Assembly: GCA_044225505.1 (NCBI GenBank)
Contig: JBGAIN010000023.1
Location: 1 to 64,000, forward strand
From: Limisphaerales bacterium
GTDB taxonomy: Bacteria > Verrucomicrobiota > Verrucomicrobiia > Limisphaerales > SIBE01
DNA: 64,000 nt
Reading direction: 5' to 3'
Below, piece after piece: positions 35,511 to 44,969 of the stretch. Below the pieces are notes generated by a model. That model had not been told where the DNA came from, did no database searches, and saw only the letters and a program-made list of their open reading frames with translations. Made by a program: the position numbers and the translations under genes. Within the stretch, counting starts at the first letter, position 1; each line of letters starts with the position of its first letter.

Positions 35511-36592
35511 GGGAGAAATCTGCCGGTTGAGCCGTGCGGACTGGTTAGGTTTGCCATGACGAACGGCGTGAAAACAGCGAAGGCACACATCCATCACAGC
35601 CCGGGGACGCCCTCCCTGGGCGGTAACGAAGCTGTTCGGACTGATGCCTTGACAGGACTTTTGCTCCGACAGTTCGCCGTGTGGCGGCGTTTGCAATTCG
35701 CAGAGACTCACCTAACAGGCTCTGCGGCAAGCACTAAAAATTCAGTCGACTCGTCGAAACCGTCTTCAGGTGACATTTGTCTCCAAACCTTTCCCGGACG
35801 CAGCTTTCTTGTGGTGGTCCGTGACGATCAGGCCGCAGAACGTGACGGGACAAAACATCGTTATTACCTGCACTCCAACGCCTTGAAGCGTCCCAGCGCT
35901 TTGCTCCACTCCCATCCCCTGGCGCGACCTTGCCTCGGATCGCTCGCCCGATTCTCCGCAATTCGCAGACCGAGACATCAGTCGCTCATCGCCTTTGCTA
36001 CACCTGGAATACGACAACTTAAGTCTCTTCCGATCCTCGGGCGTCATCGCTCTTCCCTTCGCTCGTCTGCCGTAGGTGACCCACTGGTAACCCACTTGGA
36101 GTGGGTCACCGGTGGGTGAAGAGCGAAGGAAGAGGCGAAAATGAGCGCATGGCCAGACCGACGCCATCGCTTGCTGGAAGGCTGCCCGCTCATTTCCAGA
36201 GGACTTGGCAAGAAAACCGGGCAGATCGCCGGGTTCGCGACACGCCCATCGTCGATTCAACAATGGTGGTGCCAATGGGTTGCGCGACCTAAGGCAGCGC
36301 CACCTGCGATTCCAAGCTTCAATACTGAGAGACTAAACTACAAAGCCGATGGCGCATTGGCTCACCGCTGTGCGCCTCAACCCGGTTGGTGACATTTCGT
36401 CACCGAGGAATTGAATTCGTAGAGGAGAAAGACGCTAACCTCCCGGGCAGAGCGACCATATTCATCCGCTGGAGAGTGATCCTAGTGGACATTGATCGAA
36501 TCAACCGAGCGACGACATAAGTCCTAAGCTGTTGATCACAGGGAGGTTGGCAGGACAACCGCTTACCGTCGACGGGTTCCACGGCGCTTGGA

Positions 36593-36620
36593 TTGACCGC
36601 ACCTCTCTGTCGATTACTCT
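36593..36620 (+). promoter_or_regulatory. sigma70-like promoter, leaderless antiporter gene
   Basis: TTGACC-16 nt-TACTCT-6 nt-GTG(36627). Confidence 0.55.
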
Positions 36621-36626
36621 CGGACC

Positions 36627-38042
36627 GTGACTGAGCCAGTTCTAACCGCGCCCCCTGTCTGGGCGGTTCTGCCATTTGTCGCGCTCCTGGGCACGATCGC
36701 GCTTGCCCCTTTGCTAGTTCCTGATTGGTGGAACCGACACTACGCCAAAGTGTCGGCCGCTTTGGGTCTGCTCACGCTGGGCTATTATCTTTTGGGCCGA
36801 GGCGCTTTCGACACCGTGTTGCACACGGGACTAGACTACATCAGTTTCATGGCGTTGATCGGATCGCTGTTCGTTGTCGCTGGGGGAATCCACATCACCG
36901 TTAGAGGAGAAGCCACACCTGGAGTTAACGTGGCATTCCTGGCCGTCGGCGCCGTCCTCGCCAACTTCTTGGGAACGACAGGGGCAGCGATGCTATTGAT
37001 CCGCCCTTGGCTGCGGATGAACAAATACAGGATCACGCACCATCACGTGGTGTTCTTCATTTTTATCGTCTGCAATGTTGGAGGTTGTCTGACGCCGATC
37101 GGCGATCCGCCGCTATTCCTGGGATATCTGCGCGGGATTCCATTCTGGTGGGTCGTGCAACATTGCTGGCCGATGTGGGTTGTTGGCGTAAGCTTCCTCT
37201 TGCTGACCTTCTATATTGCCGATCGTCGCAACTACGTGCGCGCACCAAAAGAGGTGCGGACAAAACTGGCTGAACCCTCCGACCAATGGCGTTTCGACGG
37301 CTTGAGCAATGTGGTGTTTCTGGGAGTCATTCTCGCCGCCGTTTTCGTCACGGAACCGCCCTACGTCCGCGAAGTGATGATGGTGGCCGCCGCGATCGGG
37401 TCTTACTACACTACCCAAGCTACCGTTCACGAAGCAAACCACTTCAACTTTCACCCGATACGAGAAGTGGCCATCCTGTTTGCCGGCATCTTTTCGACCA
37501 TGATTCCGGCGTTGGATTGGCTCCAGATGAATGCTGGGAAGATGGGTGCCCCTGGAACAGGTTTCTTCTATTGGGGAAGCGGATTGCTCTCCAGCGTGCT
37601 GGACAATGCGCCGACCTACTTGAGCTTCTTGAAAGCGGTCATCGGGACTTTTGTCCACTCGGAAACCGTCGCGCAGGTGAAGCAGCTTATGCTCTCTGGA
37701 GGAGAGATCCCGGGCGGCCATGATGCGGTCGGACAAACTGTCGCTGCATTACACCAGTATTTTGCCAGCGCGGTGAAAGCGCGCCAAGTGAGCACAGAGC
37801 AAGTCGAGATCGCGTATCTGCTTGGGAATCCATCATTCAATCTCTACATTGTGGCGATCAGCGTCGGATCGGTCTTCTTCGGCGCCAACACCTACATCGG
37901 GAATGGACCGAATCTAATGGTCAAATCCATCGCTGAACATCAGAAGGTGCATATGCCGACGTTTTTGGGCTATATCTTTCTCTATACTTTACCCGTGATG
38001 TTTCCGATGTTGCTGCTGGTCGGTTGGATCTTCTTCCGCTAG
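36627..38042 (+). CDS. Putative Na+/H+ antiporter (IT superfamily, CitMHS/NhaD-like)
   Basis: About 12 TM segments, GTTGAAMLLIRP, NVGGCLTPIGDPPLFLG, LDNAPTY, TYIGNGPN. Confidence 0.85.
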   Translation: MTEPVLTAPPVWAVLPFVALLGTIALAPLLVPDWWNRHYAKVSAALGLLTLGYYLLGRGAFDTVLHTGLDYISFMALIGSLFVVAGGIHITVRGEATPGVNVAFLAVGAVLANFLGTTGAAMLLIRPWLRMNKYRITHHHVVFFIFIVCNVGGCLTPIGDPPLFLGYLRGIPFWWVVQHCWPMWVVGVSFLLLTFYIADRRNYVRAPKEVRTKLAEPSDQWRFDGLSNVVFLGVILAAVFVTEPPYVREVMMVAAAIGSYYTTQATVHEANHFNFHPIREVAILFAGIFSTMIPALDWLQMNAGKMGAPGTGFFYWGSGLLSSVLDNAPTYLSFLKAVIGTFVHSETVAQVKQLMLSGGEIPGGHDAVGQTVAALHQYFASAVKARQVSTEQVEIAYLLGNPSFNLYIVAISVGSVFFGANTYIGNGPNLMVKSIAEHQKVHMPTFLGYIFLYTLPVMFPMLLLVGWIFFR

Positions 38043-38189
38043 CGCCGCCCCGGACGGCCATATGGACGTTCGAGCGGATCGCACGCGACATTCTTCGCTT
38101 GAGATTTTTGGCTGGTCCACGGACTATGCAAGTCCCTGAGCAGGACAGAAATGGAATAATTCGGAATAGTCTCTCCAGGGAGTCAGACT

Positions 38190-39521
38190 ATGCGTGCGCT
38201 TTACAATCTCGTCTTCACGACCTTTTTCCTGCTCTCCGCTCCGTATTATTTTCTCAAGATGTGGCGTCGCGGAAACTGGCGCCGTGGGTTTAAGCAGCGT
38301 TTCGGACGCTATAGCACGAAGATCAAGCAAGCGGTGACGAATCGGCACGTGGTCTGGCTGCACGCTGTCAGCGTCGGCGAAGTAAATGTCTGTACCCAGC
38401 TGATCCGCGCTCTGGAACCGCGGGTGCCGAACGTTAAAATCGTCGTCTCGACCACCACGTCGACGGGCATGGGAGAATTGCACAAAAAGCTGCCCAGCCA
38501 TGTGCAAAAGATCTATTACCCGATTGACCGTAAGAAATGCGTGCAGCGGGCGCTCAAAGCGCTTCACCCGGACGCTGTCGTGCTCGTGGAGGCGGAGATC
38601 TGGCCTAATTTCCTCTGGAAACTCCGCGACCGGCGCACTCCGTGTTTCCTGGTCAATGCACGCCTGTCCGAGCGTTCTTATCGAGGATACAAGCGGTTCG
38701 GCCTACTGTTTCGCCCTTTGTTCCGGTCGTTCGCCGGTGTCGGCGTGCAGAATGAAACCGACGCGGAGCGGCTTCGTCACCTGGGCTGTCGACCGGAAGT
38801 CATCCAAGTGGTCGGGAATCTGAAATTTGACGCTGTCAAAGTCAACGAGCGACCTCTTTTCGACGCGCAAATCCTTCTGCGACAACTCGGTGTGCCGCCC
38901 GATGCCCCGGTCCTGCTGGGCGGGAGCACTCACGCTGGGGAAGAGGCCATTCTCGCACAAGTCTACCTTCGCCTGCGCAAGCAGTTTCCTACGTTGTTCC
39001 TGATCCTTGTGCCGCGGCACTTCGAACGGGGCAAGGACGCTGGCAAAGACGTCGCCGCTGCCGGGCTTCGTTTTGTTTACCGAACCCAGCTCGGAGCGGA
39101 ACCAAACTACAAACCTGGCGAATTGGATTGTCTGCTGGTCAATACCACCGGTGAATTGCGTTGCTTTTACGAATGCGCGACAGCGATTTTTATTGGCAAA
39201 AGCCTCACCGCCAATGGTGGCCAGAATCCCATCGAGCCCGGCGCCTTAGGCAAACCGATGGTCTTCGGTCCGAACATGCAGAATTTCCGAGCGATAGCCG
39301 CTGAGTTCGTGCGCGAACGAGGTGCTATCCAAGTCCAATCGGCAGTCGAGCTGGAGAGTGCGCTCGGGCAGTTGCTCGCGGATGAAGCGCAGCAACGGGA
39401 ACTGGGGCGCAATGCTCTAAAAGTTGTCCGGCGTAATCAGGGCGCGATTGATCGGACAGTGGAGATGATCGTGAAGCACCTTCACGGAGGCGAGATGTAT
39501 GTCGCCCCCGTGCCCGAATAG
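38190..39521 (+). CDS. waaA: 3-deoxy-D-manno-octulosonic acid (Kdo) transferase
   Basis: WLHAVSVGE, EAEIWPN, NARLSERS, GNLKFD, GSTHAGEE, VPRH, GGQNPIEP. Confidence 0.95.
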   Translation: MRALYNLVFTTFFLLSAPYYFLKMWRRGNWRRGFKQRFGRYSTKIKQAVTNRHVVWLHAVSVGEVNVCTQLIRALEPRVPNVKIVVSTTTSTGMGELHKKLPSHVQKIYYPIDRKKCVQRALKALHPDAVVLVEAEIWPNFLWKLRDRRTPCFLVNARLSERSYRGYKRFGLLFRPLFRSFAGVGVQNETDAERLRHLGCRPEVIQVVGNLKFDAVKVNERPLFDAQILLRQLGVPPDAPVLLGGSTHAGEEAILAQVYLRLRKQFPTLFLILVPRHFERGKDAGKDVAAAGLRFVYRTQLGAEPNYKPGELDCLLVNTTGELRCFYECATAIFIGKSLTANGGQNPIEPGALGKPMVFGPNMQNFRAIAAEFVRERGAIQVQSAVELESALGQLLADEAQQRELGRNALKVVRRNQGAIDRTVEMIVKHLHGGEMYVAPVPE

Positions 39522-39587
39522 TCAAAGCTTGGATCGAGCTACCCGCGTTTTCCAGACCGGTAGAACGGCTGGATGGCCTTCGTCGGT

Positions 39588-40676
39588 TTAACCGAGGATT
39601 CGGCGTCCTTCATCCAGGAAGATGCCTTTGAAGTTCATCTCCAATGCTTGGGCGTTGGTTGCTTTGGCCAGAGCTTCCTTCTCGGTAACCTTCCGGTCCT
39701 TCACCAGCTGGAAAAGAGCTTGATTGAAATTCTGCATCCCATCATCCGTCCCGGTCTCGATCGCCGCTGGGAGTTTGTCGAGTCGGTTTTCTTCAATCAG
39801 CTTCTTCACAGTTCCCGTATTGATCATGATCTCCAAGGCCGGAGTCATTGTTCCATTGACCGTTGTCGCCATGCGCTGGCAGACCACGGCCTGCAACGTT
39901 CCAGCAAGTTGACGACGAATCTGCTCGCGCTCTTCCGCTTTGAAAAAGTCGAGAATACGGGTGACCGACTGGGCAGCCGTGGTCGTGTGCAACGTGGAGA
40001 GGACCAAGTGGCCGGTGTCCGCCGCACTCATGGCCGCCATAAAGCTGAGCGCGTCGCGCATTTCACCAATCATGATGATATCCGGATCTTGCCGGAGCAC
40101 GTGTTTCAGGCCGGCTTCGAATGAGGCCGTATCAAGACCCACTTCCCGTTGTTCGATCACCGATTGATTGTCTTCGAAAACAAACTCAATCGGGTCTTCC
40201 AACGTAATGATGTGGCGTTTGGCGCTGGCGTTAATGTGCTCAATCATGGCTGCCAGCGTCGTCGACTTGCCGCAGCCAGTAGAGCCAGCCAGAAGCACGA
40301 TGCCGCGCGGGGACTCCGCGATCTTCTTCAAGATGGGCAAGAGACCGAGCTGCTCAAAGCTGGGCACCTGCGTTTTGACATAGCGCATCGAAAGGCAGAA
40401 CTGCCCTCGCTGCTGAAACAGGTTCGTTCGAAAACGACCGATCCCAGGAACGTAGTAGGAGAAGTCGATCTCGCGATCGGTTTCCAACCGCCGCAGCATG
40501 TGCTGCGGAACGATGGATTCGACGATCTTGTTAACCCATGCCGTCGTCGGCGTGGGCGCCTCAATCGCGACGAGTTGGCGGTTGATTCGAAAAATTACCG
40601 GAGCGTCAATTTTGACGTGGACGTCCGATGCGCCGCCTTCGATAGCGGCGAGCAAAATACGATGAAAGATTTCCAT
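39588..40676 (-). CDS. pilT: PilT/PilU family type IV pilus ATPase
   Basis: ASDVH, GSTGCGKSTT, TLEDPIE, LRQDPDIIMIGEMRD, TGHLVLSTLH. Confidence 0.9.
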   Translation of the reverse strand: MEIFHRILLAAIEGGASDVHVKIDAPVIFRINRQLVAIEAPTPTTAWVNKIVESIVPQHMLRRLETDREIDFSYYVPGIGRFRTNLFQQRGQFCLSMRYVKTQVPSFEQLGLLPILKKIAESPRGIVLLAGSTGCGKSTTLAAMIEHINASAKRHIITLEDPIEFVFEDNQSVIEQREVGLDTASFEAGLKHVLRQDPDIIMIGEMRDALSFMAAMSAADTGHLVLSTLHTTTAAQSVTRILDFFKAEEREQIRRQLAGTLQAVVCQRMATTVNGTMTPALEIMINTGTVKKLIEENRLDKLPAAIETGTDDGMQNFNQALFQLVKDRKVTEKEALAKATNAQALEMNFKGIFLDEGRRILG

Positions 40677-40742
40677 GCCGGCGGGGGGGTATTCCTCAAG
40701 CGATCAACGCCAGAGGCTGCCAGACTGCACTCAATACTAGAA

Positions 40743-41069
40743 CTAAAACAGACGAGGGCCAGCGAGCTGATTGAAACGTTCCTGCGACTGGCGAGACATA
40801 TTCATGAAGACCATGGAGACAAGATAACCCGCATGTCGATTGCCCGTGCAATCAACGACGACACCTGTACAATGAACTTTCTTCCCGTCCACCGGCGACT
40901 GCAAATCGACCGTCATTTCCTTCCACGGCGTAATCGGCTTATCTGCGCGAAACTCAATTCCGTTCTTGCGAAAGCGGATGGCATTGGCCGACAAGGCCAA
41001 GCGCGTTTGAGACGATGAGATCTTGGCCGGTTGGAAGATTCCCGAGGTGTCGAGTTTGCTTGTACTCAT
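40743..41069 (-). CDS. PilZ-like beta-barrel protein
   Basis: GIEF...VDLQSP...VHCTGVVV...YLVSMVF pattern resembles the PilZ barrel. Confidence 0.6.
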   Translation of the reverse strand: MSTSKLDTSGIFQPAKISSSQTRLALSANAIRFRKNGIEFRADKPITPWKEMTVDLQSPVDGKKVHCTGVVVDCTGNRHAGYLVSMVFMNMSRQSQERFNQLAGPRLF

Positions 41070-41082
41070 AACAGGATGTTAA

Positions 41083-41110
41083 AATCTACCATAATCAACC
41101 GCGGCGTCAA
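41083..41110 (-). promoter_or_regulatory. Internal sigma70-like promoter for the PilZ-like and pilT genes
   Basis: Minus strand TTGACG-16 nt-TAGATT. Confidence 0.5.
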
Positions 41111-41116
41111 CGAAAC

Positions 41117-42154
41117 CTACCACTCAATCACCGCCGCGGCCCATGTCAGACCTGCACCGAAAACCACCAGCATGATCAAATCCCCAGGCTGAATGCGACC
41201 GCTTTGGACGGCTTCATCCAAAGCGATGGCCACCGACGCCGCCGATGTATTCCCGTATTTATGCAGATTGACAAAAAGCTGGGCAGGCTCCGCTCCGAGC
41301 CGTTCCGCCACGGCATTGATGATGCGCTGGTTCGCCTGATGCGGAATGATACACTTGATCTGCTTGATATCGATTTCGCAGCGACGCAGTGATTCTTGAG
41401 CCGCCTGATACATCGCATTGACCGCATTCTTAAACGTCTCTTTGCCATCCATGCGCAAGTAATGAAGGCGATTCGCGACTGAATGGGCACTTGCTGGACA
41501 TCGGCTGCCACCCGCTGGCATGCTGAGCAACTCTGACTTGGTCCCATCCGCTCCCATACAAGCAGTCAGTAAGCCATGGCTGCTAGGCCGATTCTGCAGG
41601 ATGGCCGCGCCGGCGCCGTCTCCAAACAGGACACACGTGTTGCGATCGCTCCAATCGATAATCGATGAGAGCTTCTCCGCTCCAATCACCAGCACGGTAT
41701 CGTAGGTCCGCGACATGATAAACTGCTGACCTACTTCCAGCCCATAGATAAAACCAGAGCACGCTGCTTCAATGTCAAACGCTGCGGCCCGCCGTGCGCC
41801 GATCTTGCGCTGGACCAAACATGCGGTCGAAGGAAACGGCATATCCGGAGTGATCGTCGCGACGATAATCAGGTCGATTTGGTCAGGCTTCATCCGAGCC
41901 CTTTCCAGTGCCTTTAACGCCGCTTGACTGGCGATATCCGATGTAAATTCGTCGTCCGCCGCCAGGCGCCGTTCTTTAATGCCCGTTCGCACCGTGATCC
42001 ACTCGTCGGACGTGTCTACCAACCGCTCTAGATCCGCGTTGGTCAACACCCGCTGCGGAACGTACGATCCAACGGAAACAATTGAACAAGTCCGCCCTTT
42101 GAAGCCATGGGCAGCGCGAGGGTTCTTAAACCGATGAGCGGAAGTTGAACTCAT
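41117..42154 (-). CDS. fabH: 3-oxoacyl-ACP synthase III
   Basis: DTSDEWI, AACSGF, LFGDGAGA, PHQAN, GNTSAAS. Confidence 0.97.
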   Translation of the reverse strand: MSSTSAHRFKNPRAAHGFKGRTCSIVSVGSYVPQRVLTNADLERLVDTSDEWITVRTGIKERRLAADDEFTSDIASQAALKALERARMKPDQIDLIIVATITPDMPFPSTACLVQRKIGARRAAAFDIEAACSGFIYGLEVGQQFIMSRTYDTVLVIGAEKLSSIIDWSDRNTCVLFGDGAGAAILQNRPSSHGLLTACMGADGTKSELLSMPAGGSRCPASAHSVANRLHYLRMDGKETFKNAVNAMYQAAQESLRRCEIDIKQIKCIIPHQANQRIINAVAERLGAEPAQLFVNLHKYGNTSAASVAIALDEAVQSGRIQPGDLIMLVVFGAGLTWAAAVIEW

Positions 42155-43170
42155 GCCGGGACGGAGATCGCTTCGTTGGCACGAGCCACTTCCTTGGAGA
42201 TCACCTGATTGATGTGGTGCTGCACCGCTTCGGTGCTCATGCGAATCGCATTCATGATGGCGCGGTCGCTTGCCGACCCGTGTGCTTTCATAACATTTCC
42301 GTTCAGGCCGAGCAAGGGTGCTCCACCATAGGCATCGGGATCGATACGCCGCTTAATCGCCCGCAAGCCATTCCCAGCCAGCATTGCTCCAAGCATCCGT
42401 TTCGGGTTCTTGGTAAGCTCACTCTTGAGCCAGCCAAAGATACCTTTGGCAAAGCTTTCCAGTGTCTTAAGGACGATATTGCCAACGAATCCATCGCACA
42501 CCACCACGTCCACACGGTTGTGGAACAGGTCGTGTCCTTCCACGTTGCCGATAAAATTAATATCGATCCGACGGCACAACTTGAACGCCTGCTGTGTTAA
42601 ATCCGTCCCCTTGTTGTCTTCCGTGCCGTTACACAACAAACCCACCCGCGGCCGCGGACACCCGAGCACTTCACGCGAATAGACGCTTCCCATGACGGCG
42701 TAGTGGACCAGATGCGTCGGCCGCGACTCCACATTCGCTCCTGAATCCAGCAACACAAACTGCCCCTCGGGTCCGGGAATGACCGTAGCAATCCCCGCCC
42801 GCTCCACGCCTTCGAGTGGCCGCAGGCGAATGGTCGACGCTGCCACCAAGCCGCCGGTGTTCCCAGGAGAAATCAGCGCATCGGCAGCATCCTGACGCAA
42901 GAGATCGACGGCGCGAAGGATCGAGCAATCTTTCTTTTTTCGAAGTCCCTCGACGGGCTTGTCTTCCATCGTCAGGAACTCGGAGGCGTGCACCAGTTTG
43001 ACCCGCGAGTCGTGCAGACCAACCTTGGCAAGGGCCTTTTGGATCTCGTCCTGGCGCCCTACCAAGTAGAGCTCGGTGATCTTGTCATTGGCCCGAAGCG
43101 CCATCTTGGCGCCTTCGATCACGACGGCGGGACCATGGTCTCCGCCCATGACATCCACCGCTATACGCAT
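42151..43170 (-). CDS. plsX: Phosphate acyltransferase
   Basis: IAVDVMGGD, GNTGG, LDSGAN, DGFVGNIVLK, YGGAPLLG, AHGS; located in the rpmF-plsX-fabH cluster. Confidence 0.96.
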   Translation of the reverse strand: MRIAVDVMGGDHGPAVVIEGAKMALRANDKITELYLVGRQDEIQKALAKVGLHDSRVKLVHASEFLTMEDKPVEGLRKKKDCSILRAVDLLRQDAADALISPGNTGGLVAASTIRLRPLEGVERAGIATVIPGPEGQFVLLDSGANVESRPTHLVHYAVMGSVYSREVLGCPRPRVGLLCNGTEDNKGTDLTQQAFKLCRRIDINFIGNVEGHDLFHNRVDVVVCDGFVGNIVLKTLESFAKGIFGWLKSELTKNPKRMLGAMLAGNGLRAIKRRIDPDAYGGAPLLGLNGNVMKAHGSASDRAIMNAIRMSTEAVQHHINQVISKEVARANEAISVPA

Positions 43171-43218
43171 AAACGAAAAGAGCGCAGAGGAAGTATGTCC
43201 TTCGCGCCCTGGACTCGC

Positions 43219-43407
43219 TTATCCGATCGATTCGATGGTCACAACTTGCCGGCCTTTATAAAAACCACAGGCGGGACAAACACGGTGAGGAACGTACGGA
43301 GCGGCACACTGCGGGCAGGTGCTCAGCTGAGGAAGTGTCAGCACGCTGTTGTATGCCCGTCGCATACGCTGGCGACTTCGAGATGGTTTGCGCTTAGGGA
43401 CGCCCAT
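43219..43407 (-). CDS. rpmF: 50S ribosomal protein L32
   Basis: MGVPKRKPSRSRQRMRR, CPQC...HRVCPACGFY. Confidence 0.96.
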   Translation of the reverse strand: MGVPKRKPSRSRQRMRRAYNSVLTLPQLSTCPQCAAPYVPHRVCPACGFYKGRQVVTIESIG

Positions 43408-43419
43408 AGTTCAATAACT

Positions 43420-43908
43420 TCAAAATTTCAGCTTGTTTAGCTCAGCCCACGCTGACGCTGCGGCACTGCCCAACATTTTGGCCTGGGCAGGCTCTTGCAG
43501 ATTTACTCCCGAGGTTTTAAGCCCGCGACAATCTGGTTCACACAACGGGTGTTGCGGAAACGCGAGCAAAATATCTTCCCGCAGATAGGGAGTCAAGTCC
43601 ACGCAATCATTGTTTACGATGATCTTTTCCTCCCCTTCCAAGGCCAGGTCCCAAGCTACCCCCTCCAACTTGAGCTGATAAGTAAACGGTTGCAAGCATC
43701 GGACACACTGGCAGTTCAAGGTTCCGGCCAGGCTGCCCCGAACTAATACACTCTGGCTCAACCGTTCCAAATCAAGCACATAACAAAATGGATTCGGCAA
43801 CTGAATCATCTCGTCCACCTCTGTCAACTCCAGTTCATCGGCCGCCAGTGCACCCTCGAGATGCAGGGGTTTCCTGTCCAAATGACGTAGGTTAAAGGTA
43901 AGTGCCAT
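43420..43908 (-). CDS. yceD: DUF177/YceD family protein
   Basis: CVRCL, REDILLAFP, LCEPDCRGL, WAELNKL; directly upstream of rpmF. Confidence 0.9.
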   Translation of the reverse strand: MALTFNLRHLDRKPLHLEGALAADELELTEVDEMIQLPNPFCYVLDLERLSQSVLVRGSLAGTLNCQCVRCLQPFTYQLKLEGVAWDLALEGEEKIIVNNDCVDLTPYLREDILLAFPQHPLCEPDCRGLKTSGVNLQEPAQAKMLGSAAASAWAELNKLKF

Positions 43909-44043
43909 AAAATCTCTATTTGTTGATAACCTACCAAAGATCTGGCAGCAGCGCGATTCGAACTTGCTAAGACTCTACCCTCGGTTCCCACCGTTCACGC
44001 CAAGTCCATCGACCCAATTCAAGCTTTGTAGAGGATTAAAATG

Positions 44044-44077
44044 AAAAACCCAGAGCAACTCGCGTCGCTCTGGGTTT
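44044..44077 (-). terminator. Intrinsic terminator after the FecR-domain gene
   Basis: AAACCCAGAGC...GCTCTGGGTTT stem with a T tract on the minus strand. Confidence 0.75.
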
Positions 44078-44095
44078 GAAAGGTTAAACCAGAGA

Positions 44096-44821
44096 TTACT
44101 CAGCGCCAGAGCGAACCGGCGAGACGAACGGCTCAGGCTGTGTAACGACAACCAAAGGCGCCTGTTCCGGTCCGCCAGTGGGGACATCAATAATTTCGCC
44201 ATCGCGAGTCGGGCGGACCATCGGAGTCGCACCAGGAGCACCCGGATTGATCGGGGGAACGAAGGTCTGTCCAGCACCCACTGTGTGCGTGCTCATCTGT
44301 TGGGTCGAAGGATTGATGTAAACTACCACGGTCGAGCCTTCGATCACGTGAACCACGCCATTGGCACTGATCTGATATTTGGTTCCACGGACACCCACCA
44401 CGGCATTCGGGGTTTTGACTTCGTACTTGGATGCCGCACTGAGCTTCTTGACTTCGCCTTTGATTGTCCCAGAGGTGAGGTTCAGCTGGGTTTCAACCAC
44501 GGAATCTGCACCTGTGCGCTCAACGTTCAATCGATCCAAACCTAACGTTGTGCTGTCAAACAGGTGAACGCTCGGACCGTTGTCACCCAAATAAAGATCG
44601 ACCTGGCCGTCTGCGCTGGTTTTGACGGTCGCCCCTGGCCCAAGAGCTTGTCCGGTCTTCAAAGGCCTCCAATCTCCACCCTGCTCTGCGTAAGAGGCGG
44701 TCCCCTTCACGGTGCGCACGACGGCGCGCCCGCTCGCGGCTTGAGCAGAGTAAACCGACAACACGGCCGCCAATGCCACGCCATAAGCCACCAACTTCGA
44801 AAAGCGTCCAACTGGTTTCAT
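44096..44821 (-). CDS. Secreted FecR-domain protein
   Basis: Signal peptide, VKGTAS...LKTGQAL, VKTPNAVVGVRGT, VIEGS. Confidence 0.8.
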   Translation of the reverse strand: MKPVGRFSKLVAYGVALAAVLSVYSAQAASGRAVVRTVKGTASYAEQGGDWRPLKTGQALGPGATVKTSADGQVDLYLGDNGPSVHLFDSTTLGLDRLNVERTGADSVVETQLNLTSGTIKGEVKKLSAASKYEVKTPNAVVGVRGTKYQISANGVVHVIEGSTVVVYINPSTQQMSTHTVGAGQTFVPPINPGAPGATPMVRPTRDGEIIDVPTGGPEQAPLVVVTQPEPFVSPVRSGAE

Positions 44822-44862
44822 AGTTATTGTGCTCCTAATGGTTAACTCTTTAAATCAGCAGC

Positions 44863-44890
44863 AGTCTAGATGTTCAGAAAGCGATGTCAA
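44863..44890 (-). promoter_or_regulatory. sigma70 promoter for the FecR-domain gene
   Basis: Minus strand TTGACA-16 nt-TAGACT; AGGAG Shine-Dalgarno before the ATG. Confidence 0.6.
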
Positions 44891-44969
44891 TCGGATAATC
44901 GCCTGATTGTTAGGTTGCTGGATAGGGTTTACCCTGTTTTTTTTGATCTGGATCGAGGTGCCCATTTCA

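Noticed and set aside
35505..36275. ORFs 35505-36119 (+) and 35766-36275 (-)
   Set aside because: Arg/Ser-rich composition with no recognisable motif, and they run through hairpin DNA, so they are probably spurious.
36492..36504. TTGAT-CGA-ATCAA resembles an FNR box
   Set aside because: The spacer is 3 nt, not the required 4.
36400..36626. Na+/Li+ riboswitch (DUF1646 or nhaA motifs) ahead of the antiporter
   Set aside because: I could not match the consensus by eye, and the apparent promoter abuts the start codon, leaving no leader.
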